Shown piece by piece: positions 1 through 10,932 of a DNA stretch of 64,000 nt. Every line of letters starts with the position of its first letter. Position 1 is the first letter of the stretch. The notes beneath the pieces were generated by a model that saw only the letters and a list, made by a program, of their open reading frames with translations, did no database searches and was not told the origin of the DNA. A program made the position numbers and the translations under genes. This DNA is from Gonapodya sp. JEL0774 (taxonomy: Eukaryota), in contig JADIIX010000001.1 in NCBI GenBank assembly GCA_027604505.1, positions 496,001-560,000 on the forward strand. Direction: 5' to 3'.

Positions 1-2934
1 ATCGCCCTGCTTTCGACCTCACGCTTTGATGCAGAACAACTCATATTCAACATAAATTCTGTAATCTCACGTTTCACCACTCAGCGCTCTCCTGTTCGGT
101 CCTAATCACCTGCGCGTACTTTGCAGCATCTCATCCCGACTCTCACTCAGCTACGCGCTCTGATTCGCATAATATTGCACCCAGACGTTCTCTATTGGAC
201 TGGGATTGGTCTAATCTTTGTTGTATTCTGGTCGTGCTATGGAGTTGCTGTAAGGCTCTCCTTTGTTGACAGTTTCACACTGTGTTGAGAACTGATATGA
301 TCGTCTTCAATAGGTTGTTGTTCTTCCCTTCTCTCTTCTTGGGGCGGGAATTTTCGCATTTGCAATCCCAGCCATTATTCCTTTCTTCCTACCTGCCGAC
401 CGAACAGGGGTCCGAGCGCTCATGCAAGGTCTGTGGTTGGTGAACTGAAGTGTTCCCTTCAACTCAATAACTTAAACCTTGCAAAGTAATTTGCACGTTT
501 ACTGCCGCCCGTACTCTCAGCTTTTTTTTGGCTGACATTGAACAAGAATGGCAGGACATTGGTATCGCAGAGGGAATCATTACCACCAACAACAGCAACC
601 CTAGCAACTCCTCTGAGAAAATCACTGCTTCCACCGCCTTGCGGAAACGGAAAAAATCTCTAGCGTCATCATCTGAACGCACTTCCACAGTGGCCAGAAA
701 TGCAAAGGGCTCACAGGACCAGCAACTCGATGATCTCATAATAACGTACTCTCCCAAACAAACAAACTCCCGACCATTGACTTCCGGAAACACCAGATTC
801 CAAATTGCTTCCTCACCCAAGATTCGTCGCGTGCTTCGCCTCATCCGTCGGTTATTTCTGCGTCCCTATCTCTGGCGACACCTGGAAGCACACTTTCCGG
901 ATCACCGAATATCTATCGTTTCGCCTCGGGGATCACAACACAATATCAATTTGACGCCCAAGGTCCCGCGCCCAAGTCCACAGTCGTCTCTTCACAATTT
1001 GAGGACTGGAGTCGACCCACCTTACATCTCGACGTCCGTTGCATCGGCCCCTGTGCGAGGTCCCACTCGCGGCATGGGCCTTCCTTCACCAACATCGAGT
1101 CGTTTGTTTGCTGGAGAAACGAGCCTGCTTGCACATACTTTATCTTCGATGTCTGCTGTGGACGTGGAGGGACCTCCCTCCGCGCAACGGGGGAATTCCG
1201 ATACATGGTCTTTGTGGTCCGCAGACTCAGAGGAGGATTCAGATCGCGCCATCTATACTCTTCCTGGTACACGAGGTGGTCGGGGTGCTATGGAAGGGGA
1301 AAAAGAGGACATTGACCATGAAGATCGGTATGGTAACAATGTAACCAAGGGGGAGCAGGAAAGTACCAGACTCAACGGTGGAGGAGGGCACACTATTGCA
1401 AGTGGCAAAGCGAAAAATTTGAGCCCGGTAGATAAGCAGGAGAGGGAACTTGTACAGAGTTTGGACGAGATAGATGTCAATTGGGATTCGGTGGAGTGGC
1501 GGCTTCGACAGGTGAGAAGCTCTCCGCTCGAACGTCCTTATAATGGTTTTATCCGTTCGGTCCTCAGACCAAGCTGTGTGCTTTGCCTCACGTCGCGATC
1601 TAGATATACACGTACTTCAACCTGCGCCATGAGACCGTCCCCAGCCCCTACCCCACAGTCTACCTTACTCTCAGCAATAACTTCGCCTTCGTCACCGAAA
1701 TGATATTGGGAATAATGCTTGTCACCCTCTTTGCTGTGTCGCATGACTCAATACGACACGGACTGTGGCCATTCCTATCGAAGTTCTTGCCTTATCCGGT
1801 GGCCGTGGCGGCGTTCTACATGGTGAGATGGACACTTAACCAGGCGATGCTGCTCTCATCCTTTGCAGTATTGGATGGAGCGGCGGGCTTGGTGTGTATT
1901 GCGTCGAATAGGTGCGAGAATTGAGGCTCCTTCCTGTCATTCATTTGCACCAATAATTGTGGTTTGATGTTGTCGTATTTGATGTCCAACATAGACTTCC
2001 CATTTATCCCGTACACGATTCCGTCGAGTCCGCGGGATCTTTGACAGCGTGAGTCCCTATAGTCAATGGAAGTAACTTGCATTCTTTATGAACAAATATG
2101 CCATTCCCCGTCATTTGCACACATTGATCAGATTGTGGGCTAAGCATTGGAACCGCCCCATGCAAATGTGGTTGTTTTCTTACTGGTACAGGCCTGTCTC
2201 GACGATACTTGGCCAATGGCCGTTCTCGTCGTTTGTTCCCGCAAAAATTAGGAAAATAATTGCGGTGTGGAGCACGTTCGCTGCAAGCGCGGGATTTCAT
2301 GCATGGATTATCGTGGTAGGGGCATGGGATGTGAGTGGCGTATTACTTCAAATTATTGCAGCAGAGGACGTTGTCTTGAAATAATCAGCGAGTATGCTAA
2401 ATCGGATTATCTCCATGCTTCCCATACATAGCAACCGTACATGCGCGAGGACGCGGTGAAAATGTTTCTGTTCTTTATCCTCCAACCGTGAGTTGCTTGA
2501 CAACTCGGTCTGCGAAGTTTTCTTGTTCATGCAAGAGCGTGTGACTTCATTTTTCAAGAATCCTTATGTTTGTCGAGCCGTTTTTGGGGATCAATACTTG
2601 GGACGGCAACGGTAGTCGCTCGCGGACACCCCAAAATGCAACCGACTCTGGGGCAGCTCCTGTTCCCAAATCCAAAGCCAAAAACAAACCCACGGGAGCC
2701 AATGAATTGTCGGACAAGTCCTCTACAGAGACGGATACGTCCACAACGGACGTCAGCGGCGATGGCGATGGAGAAAGGTCCCCCCCAGTAGAACCGGGTT
2801 ATCAACACCAGGACGGGGCCCTTTCCCGAAAGAAAGTGCCTCACTGGATAGGCGTTGTGTGGACGACAGTGTCCATCTGGCTGTTAAGTGGACCACTTGT
2901 GGTGGAGCCAGTGCTTCATTTGATGGGGGTGTAG
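1..2934 (+). CDS. MBOAT-family membrane O-acyltransferase (sterol acyltransferase/DGAT1-like), multi-exon, 5' end outside window
   Basis: Spliced exons give ...SAGSLTALWAKHWNRPMQMWLFSYWYRP..., a variant of the MBOAT FWxxWN..W motif, and WSTFAASAGFHAWII at the catalytic-His position. Several hydrophobic segments, a long low-complexity exon (~528-1511), and stop TAG at 2932-2934. Confidence 0.75.
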
Positions 2935-3074
2935 CGTTTGGGACATGATACGATTTGAAAATGGTCTCGCATATTTAGATTTAGAGTAATGATTAGTTAG
3001 ATTGAATCCTCACAGAGGTACACCGCCTGGGCGTGACGTGTGACAATCCACCACTATTACAAGATTCATCCACC

Positions 3075-4349
3075 ATGTCTCCAGCTGGTTCACCTCGTGT
3101 TCTGGAGATCGTTGGTGATTTCGTAGAGGTATGGTGGTACTGCCTGTTTGGGACTTTGATCATCATTAACCTGATTGCTCCAATGACCATCCTCGGAAGG
3201 ACTATGAGGTGAAAATCAGCCTAAATGTCTCAAATTATTCGATCTCTTGCTTAGCCGATTGATGTGGAGTGCAGGCGATGGTGAGGGAATGCAGATATTG
3301 ACCGCGCTCCATGCTCAAGACAACCGTGAGTCACATCGTCGGTGTTCCCCTTGTCGATCCCTCAAATTCTCCTACTGACAAGCCACACATCCACAACAAG
3401 CTTTTTCTTGTTGTACCTTTAGGTTCCTTTCCAGACGCTAGGTGGCTACCTCGGTATCGGTCACTGTCTTAAGTTTGCACCTCTTACATATACCCATGTA
3501 CAGTTGCCTGTGGAGTACAAGTTGATGTGGTATGCCCTGGAAAGAAGGTTGGGGACTATGTGATGACGGCAATTCATGTGAGTTGGTTTTCTCTCCGCGA
3601 ATGGGGACGGAAAAATTGCACACTTACGCGGATTGCAGGACTTCGACGGATATCAAACGTACTCGGAGAAGCCTGGCCACCGCTTCAGTAAGTTCAATCT
3701 GCAGGATCTTAAACTACGTCTATTAATGGACACGCTCCCTTCCCCACCAGTTGTTACCGCTGACTTCGATCAGGTAGACGTAGCAAAGTATGACGGACTG
3801 TATTTGCCAGGAGGGAGAGGTGAGTTACGTGTTTGAAGTCTGTACCACAGAGATCTAGAATCTTCCTTGTGCAATAGCACCCGAGTACCTACGTTTAAAG
3901 TGAGGGCATTAACCCTTGCCTTACTGCGCTTGCAAGATGTTAGTCAGGCGAATGAATTTCACCAGCCCCAAGGTCCTCGAGATTTGCAAGAATTTCGTCA
4001 CGGCTGACAAACCTGTCGCAGCAATTTGTCACGGTCTGCAGATACTGACAGCTGCTGACGTTCTCAAAGGCAAACGCTGTACGGCGTATCCCGCTTGCGG
4101 ACCAGAGCTCGTCATTGGGGGCGCAAAGTACACCGAAGCTGGTACAAAGGAATTTCCAATCGATGATGCTATTGCAGACGGAAATTTGGTCACGGCGGCA
4201 GCGTGAGTTTGACTCGCGGTTATGCAGTGGCGTGGGGTGCAGCTGTTTCGAATAAACCGAACGATGGTTCCACGACTCGTAGGTGGCCGGCACACCCGAA
4301 GTTTTGTCGTCTTTTCTTGGCGAAATTAGGCATGAAGTTTACCTGGTAG
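3075..4349 (+). CDS. DJ-1/PfpI family protein (glyoxalase III/deglycase-like), 10 exons, 201 aa
   Basis: Exons 3075-3128, 3200-3208, 3275-3280, 3423-3441, 3504-3577, 3639-3687, 3751-3819, 3878-3899, 3966-4202 and 4283-4349 sum to 606 nt in frame. They read GDFVEDYEAMVPFQTL...[19 protein letters not shown]...PGGRAPEYLR...AAICHG...TAAAWPAHP. Confidence 0.9.
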
Positions 4350-4370
4350 ACATGAAGTTTGCCTGGTAGA
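4331..4370 (+). repeat. 20-bp tandem duplication spanning the PfpI stop codon
   Basis: CATGAAGTTTACCTGGTAGA is followed directly by CATGAAGTTTGCCTGGTAGA (1 mismatch). Confidence 0.9.
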
Positions 4371-4525
4371 CAGACAATGATTGTCCATTTTGAATAAAAG
4401 TACGGGGGTATACAAACACCTAACACATTTCTAAAGAAGTACTGAAAGTCCACGCTTGACGTTCAAAAGCTTATACAACCAACTCTCCCGCAAATACGCC
4501 GAAATCCGTAATTCCATTGAGAACT

Positions 4526-5698
4526 TCACAAACCCTCCAGCTCCTTTAACGTCTGCTCCAGCTCTTTCTTGGTCTCCTCATATTTATGATTGGTTTCGTT
4601 GAGCTTGTTCTCGATGGAGTCTCGTTCCTTTTCGAGTTGAGCAGCGCGACGCTCGGCATGCTCAGCCTTAAGCTCAGACGCACGGTATCTAAAGGAACAA
4701 TCGACTGTCAACAATAGGTTCCCTTCGTTTTGAATCTCTGGAAAGAAAGCCTTACTTTTCAACGGCTTCCTTGGCTATTCTCTCTTTATCTTCGATCTGG
4801 GCTTCCAAGAGAGTAAGTTTTCGCTGGAGGGATTCACCCTGCGCGGAGCCCTTTTCGGCCTCCGCGTGAGTGGATTTAAGCTGCCGAATAATTGTTGTTA
4901 GCTTCAAACGTCTTCTCAATCTCGTTCACAAGAAAACACCTTTGTTAGGGATGACTCCTTGGTTTCCAACTCTTTCTCCAACAATGCAATTTTCCTCTGT
5001 AACGAGTCGATCTTGAAAACGAAAAGAGAAGTAACCGGTGAGGTCTGACCTTTCCGGGACTCAAGCACTCCCAATATCCACCTGTGCCTGCTCCCCGGCC
5101 TTGGAACTGACAGTGCTCTTAATCTGTTGTGCGTCGGAAAGCAGCGTGCATGAGTCAGCAGGCAAGAAGCGTAACACATTGGATCCCACGGACAACCGAG
5201 GATAAACACGAGCAACTTTCACACTCACATCATCGATACGCTTCTCTGCTCGCTGTATTTCGGTCTCTAGCAGGGAGATTTTGTTCTTGAGTCCGTTAAT
5301 TTCAACTTCCTTCTTTCCCAGCTCGTCGTTCAGCATTTTAACCATATCCTCTGCTTTATTAGCGCGAGCATTTGTTGCCTCAGACTCAATACGGAGCTTC
5401 TCGAGTTTCTGGAGTTTGGGAAAGGAGTTATAGTTAGGATATAGTACAACACGGTGGGCAACACGGCGGGAGAGTACGGCGGATATAACAAGGAGCAATA
5501 TTATACAGATAGGCTACTTTTCGATTTTGAAGCGGGAACTGAAGATTCTGCTCTCCAGAAGCTCTTGATAAGGTTACCTGCAGCCACTTCCGATTTTGTG
5601 GGTCAATAGGGCTCCTCCGCGTCCGCGATGAGTGCATCCAGTCTTTGAGCGAGGATAATCATGGAGTTTGCAGTTCTCACCTCTTTAATCTTGTCCAT
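4526..5698 (-). CDS. TPM1: Fungal tropomyosin (Tpm1/Cdc8-like), 6 exons, 199 aa (161 aa if exons 3-4 are skipped)
   Basis: Begins MDKIKE|KLEKLRIESE..., continuous heptad coiled coil, ends ...KKELEQTLKELEGL*. Exons 5698-5681, 5408-5229, 5123-5082, 5011-4940, 4880-4756 and 4688-4526, all with GT-AG boundaries. Confidence 0.92.
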
Positions 5699-5827
5699 TT
5701 GTCGGTACTGTGGGAAACGATAGGAGGGTCGCAACCGTGAATCTCCTGGCACACCCAATCATCCAATTTATTTATTCATTGTACTTTATGTAAACAGGAG
5801 TCACAATCAAATATATATACAGGGTCG

Positions 5828-8800
5828 TTAATCAGTCATTTGACTTTCGTGCACTTTGTGGGCAGACATTACCACCTCAATCAAGCTTTCCACCATCCAC
5901 GATCGATTCCAGTCGCCTCTTCTAGCGTTAATGGTCCTCGCGAGGTTCTTGGCAAGCTCCTCCAACTCTACAATAGTAAAAGCACGAGTGTTGACAGTGC
6001 TGACATTCAGCAGTTCGGCAAAATCTCGTTCAGGCAGGTGGAAGTCGTCTGATCGTCCAACAGAGTTACGCAAACCAAGAATATTGCAAGTAGTTACAGA
6101 CGGTACTTACCATTCATTGCTGAAGCACCATGTACGTCTTCTCCATTCAGAGCACATGATATATCCGCAAATTCACCCCGGATTTCAGACGCTTGGTCAC
6201 ATTTGGTGTCAGAAGTGTCCCAGTCAGACGGCACTGGAGTTCCACTTTCTGTAAAGGGAAGAACACTATCTTGAGTTTCTTCGTGCAGAATCTCTGTCGC
6301 ATCCACTTCAACGATGGAATCCGTAACGGCAGCGCCCGAGTCTAGCCGCAGTATTCTTGCTGACTCCCTGCAGGCCTCCACGAATTCTTCCTCCTGCATC
6401 TCAGTAAACATGACTGCTTCATCGAAGAGGTCCCCAATCTTTGGGTATGAACGGTCGGTAAATTGGGAGTATCTTTAGCAGAAACGTAACAAGTAGCTCT
6501 ACCATTTTTTTTGCCTCCAGCTCCTCATTTATGCGCTCGGTGTTGTCCGCAATGTATTCCTTCCACCGGGCTTTCTCTTTCTCGCAGAACTTTGAGATGT
6601 CAGCAAGCCACCCGTCCACACCGACGTAGGAGCCCCGCTCGTTCTTTTCAAATATTATCCTTAGGGTGACTTCATCAGAGGGCTTAGGTACACTTTCAGC
6701 TCCATCTGCCGGGATAGACGCGGGATGGACGAAAGCGTGCAGCTCATACCGCTTTGCGTATCGACCACGCAGCATCTTTGAGGTCATTTCCCGAAGAGTC
6801 TGTTTAAGGCTCAAAAGCGTTAACTTTGCATTCTTTTCTTTCAGTTGTCGCTCCTCTGGCGTCTCCACTTGTTTCAAAGGCCCTGGAGGTGCTTTTGGCA
6901 GATCTGGGAGATCCTCGGTTCGACGAGGCTTCGGAATGATCCCTAGAGTGGCACTGTCCACCGATTTGATTGTCAGGAAGCTTTGAGGGGGAGGAGTTGT
7001 GACCTCTCTATACAGCAGCGTGAAGTAGTCTCTTCGCTCGTTCTATAAAGTGATGATTTGCTCTCATCATTTTGAGTACGGGAGTGGGCAAAAAAAACTT
7101 ACATCACTTGGTGTGGACAGTTCGAACACCCCTTGCTTCTCAACCGCCTCCCTAGATAGCTTGCCCACTTGACCGACGAATCCGAAAACTTGATCCAGAA
7201 GGCTCCCCATTATCTGAACGAGCTGCTCCAGTGGGCGCTCGCTGGTAGCAACAAGTATCACAGGTTCATGAGGATCCAAGACGCTCAAGAGAAGGTGAAG
7301 GAATGTCGCCTGCGCACAAGGGTTTAAGTTGTCCCAGAACACATCAATGTTTGGAAGGTAAGCGCAAGCCGGTTGATGCCGTCGGAGAGATGTGAAGTAG
7401 CCAACTAGACCAGATTCAACGTCCTGTGCGGTGGACCGAGTAAATTGTGAGCTCCAAATTTAGTTCATCCTTGAAGTCGCGCCAAAGTACTCACTTTCGA
7501 ATCCCGAACTAAGTTTCCAAGGTCGAAAGGTTGAATGAACACTTTCCACCCCTCCAGCACCTTCAGGACTGCTGGTCCCACGTAAGTTGTCTGCCCCAAT
7601 CCAGCATCACCACATATCAGGAGTTTCGGACGGAAATTCTGATAAAAAGTCAAGGAGGAGGCTGAAAAGGAAGAGCTGGCGAACGGGTACCGGCTTTCGT
7701 CCAATAGGGACCTGGAGTTGTCTTCCACCAGCTCAAAATCAACACCACCGTCCGTTACCATAGACTGCGATGCTGCTTGGTGTAGCCAACCCATACGACG
7801 CTCTTTTGTTGCTATTGGAAGGACAACTTCGAGAATCGCTGTAATGCGTTGAACACTTGCAGCAAGGAGGGGTTCCAAGGGCTTCGGAAGTGGTCGAGCG
7901 GAAGAAAATGATGACCGATTCGTCGATGCAACGACAGCTCAAAACGGAAACGATGGCATACAGAAGGGCAAGCTATCAGCAACAGTTGTGAAATCTGCAA
8001 CAACGACTTGTCGCACTAACTTCGAACGCTGTTCAAAAAATCCACTAACTCCACCGTAATCTTTTCAGGTTGAACAACCAATCGTTCTTTGGAGCGATAA
8101 ATTTGTGGGTACACCCGTCGCACAGCATTCAGTACTGCTTCTGTGACGATAGCCTTGACATCGGCCCCTGCGTATCCTTGGGTCGTTTCAACTAGCTGTT
8201 CTCTGAGTTCGGGAGCAAGAGGTGGATCCCAGTCCTTACTGGCGAGCTCGATGATTTTGGCGCGTGCTTCCTTGCCAGGTAACGGAAAATAGAATTCGCG
8301 GTCGAAACGGCCTGGTCGGCGAAGTGCTGGGTCAAGGGCGTCGATTCGATTTGTTGCACCGATAACAACGACTTGGCCTTGAAATGAGGTTTTAGACCTG
8401 TGAGAACATCACCTGCAAGTTTATGGAGCATAGAATAACACTCTCACCCCTATCATCAAGCCCATTCATAAGCCCCAAAAGTGTCGCCACTATAGATTGC
8501 GACTGTTCCTGCTTTCCAGATGTCCGAACTGGAGCCAGTCCATCAATCTCATCAAAAAATATAATTGAAGGTTGCGTTGCTCGGGCAGATTCAAACAACA
8601 ATCCCAGCTGTCGTTCCCCTTCCCCCACCCATTTTGATAAAATATCTCCTCCCTTTCGCGAATAAAATGTGACTTTCTGGGCTTCAGTGGAACAAGAATT
8701 TGCCAATGCACGTGCGAGCATAGTCTTTCCCGTCCCCTATTGTAAACAGGTCATCAACATGAAACGCCCGTTCAGTAATCAGGGAAGTTGCAAGCGCGTA

Positions 8801-10516
8801 CCCACCGGCGGGCCATGAAACAATACACCGCGCGGTGGTTTGATTTTGAACCTCTCATAAATATGTGGGTATAGAAGTGGAAGCACAATCATTTCCTGAA
8901 ATATGAGTGGGTGGAAATCATTTGCGGGTGAGAAACACCACAAAATTGAATCTCGGAGATGACGTGCAAAGTCAACGCACTTTCAAACTTCTGATGTGCT
9001 CCTCAAGTCCGGCCACAGAATCGAAGGTGTCGTCACCCAAGGTTTCAGATGCCACGGGTTTGAGCTTAGCTGTAATGGAGCTTGATGTTTTCAATAGGCC
9101 TTTGGCATTCAAATTTCCAGTACGTTCTCGCCGCCGAACTTGGTCCTCATCCTGCGCCATTGAAGGCAATGCAATACTGCATCAACGGTTTCTCAAGCAA
9201 TATGTTTACCCCAACTCACAGAATCCGAATCTCTCGTTTGATCTTCGTCACCTCCAAACGCTCTGCCCATGGGGAACGAGCTGGGGCCAACATGCTTGCG
9301 ACTCGCCTTAGGGCTCGTCCGCCGTCTTGACGACCGCCGCTGCTCTTCCTCGAGCAGTTTTTTGAGACGAAGATCATGTTTGTAGTCCACGCCGTCTCGG
9401 CGGGCACGCAAGCCAAGCCGCCCAGCTGTGTTTGCCCCGGAACTCTCAACATCTTTCAATGGCTGACCCTCCTTGATTGCCCTGAACATAGCACGCTCGT
9501 TGTATTTCCGCGCGCGAGTCGGCCGCAATTGTCTGCCTTCCTTACCGGATAATCGCGCGTCCGTGGCACGCCGAGCGGCCTCGTTATCAGTTGGTGCACC
9601 GACAAGAGAGTCAGTTTCGGAACCATCCGAAGATTCATCATCTGGACGAGCGGCGTCTGCTCCAGAAGCCTCGTAATCACTATCCCCGTCAGAATCCACT
9701 TCCACTGAGGAAAAGTCTTGTCCTCTTTGGCTTTGCGCGCTCACCCGTCGGGTTCCAAGAGGTGAAGGCTTCTCTTCTGATTCATCTTTCGTGTCCAATT
9801 CTTCCACATCTATATCTCCAGATGTTTTACGACCGCTGCCTCCTCTCCGCTTGACTGATTCTTTTCGAGGTGACTCCGAATCACTTCGCTGCTCAATTGG
9901 ATGGTGCTTCCAGTCTCTTTTCCCACGTTTGCCATTTGCTCGCCTGCGGCGGGCGCTAACGCTGCCCTCCTCCCCGCTATCTTCCCTTTCACCGTCACTC
10001 TCAAAGTTCTCTGCGGTATCGTTAACTGCGACAGAGAATGACTGCGTGAGTGGATCTTGACTGCTGCTTTCCGTCCCGCGCAGGGCATATCTGGATGAGC
10101 CCGTCTCAGACCGATTAATTGGCCGTTCGCGACGATGAGGGACAAGGTAGTCGCTTTGGGTGTACCGGCTTTCCTCCATTTGGCGACGACGCTTGGCGGG
10201 ATCATCTTCACTGTAATTGATTCTGGTGGCACGATTGCGAAGACGGATTCCTGACAAGCTCTCCTGGACATTGAGGTCTTCGGACTCCATATTCTGGCCG
10301 AGTTCAGGCCCTGTTCTGTCATCGCTCTTTGAATGAACTTGTCCTGGAGACCTCCGCCGTTTCGCTGGGAGCGAAACTACGACTTCGTCAAAATCCGAAG
10401 ATCGTTTCACCTTAGGAAGTAAATTTTTTTCGAGTTAGAGCATCTGTATCGTTCAAATCTCAAGGCTGATGTTGAAACCAGCTCACTCTTGTTGTGAGGC
10501 GATCCGCTGACCCCAT
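5828..10516 (-). CDS. YTA7: Yta7/ATAD2-like AAA+ ATPase histone chaperone with degenerate bromodomain
   Basis: Acidic/basic disordered N-terminus; PPRGVLFHGPP|GTGKT (Walker A across an intron); RKGGDILSKWVGEGERQL; IIFFDEIDGLAPVR (Walker B); second degenerate AAA domain (RPKLLICGDAGLGQ); bromodomain-like segment at ~6490-6850. Confidence 0.9.
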
Positions 10517-10932
10517 CGCAGAGCTGATGCCCGGTCCACGCTAAAGCAGCTCGCTCCTTTCGTTTTTAAATGCAAATCCAAAGTTGGCAAGCGAAAACAG
10601 GGTATGTGCACGAATTTATGCAGATCCCCACGTGACTGTGGTCCACGGTGGAGAACAGAGCCATACTCATCCTCCCCATTTTCGGTGCCCGCTGGTGTCC
10701 TATTATTATTGTTTAATTAAGCGTCCATCTTACAAAACGTCTCGCTTCAAAAAGTTACATTGTTCACTGGTGATACGTGGAGCCAGCCATGACAATTTTG
10801 ATTGATTTGATCGTGTAACCAGCCACGAACTCTCATTTACTCGATGACGGTGTTGGGGACCAGCCCAGAAATTAGTTGAAAATTCATGGTACAAACCCAC
10901 AGAGGGGAGCTGGTTGGGTGTCGAAACATTCT

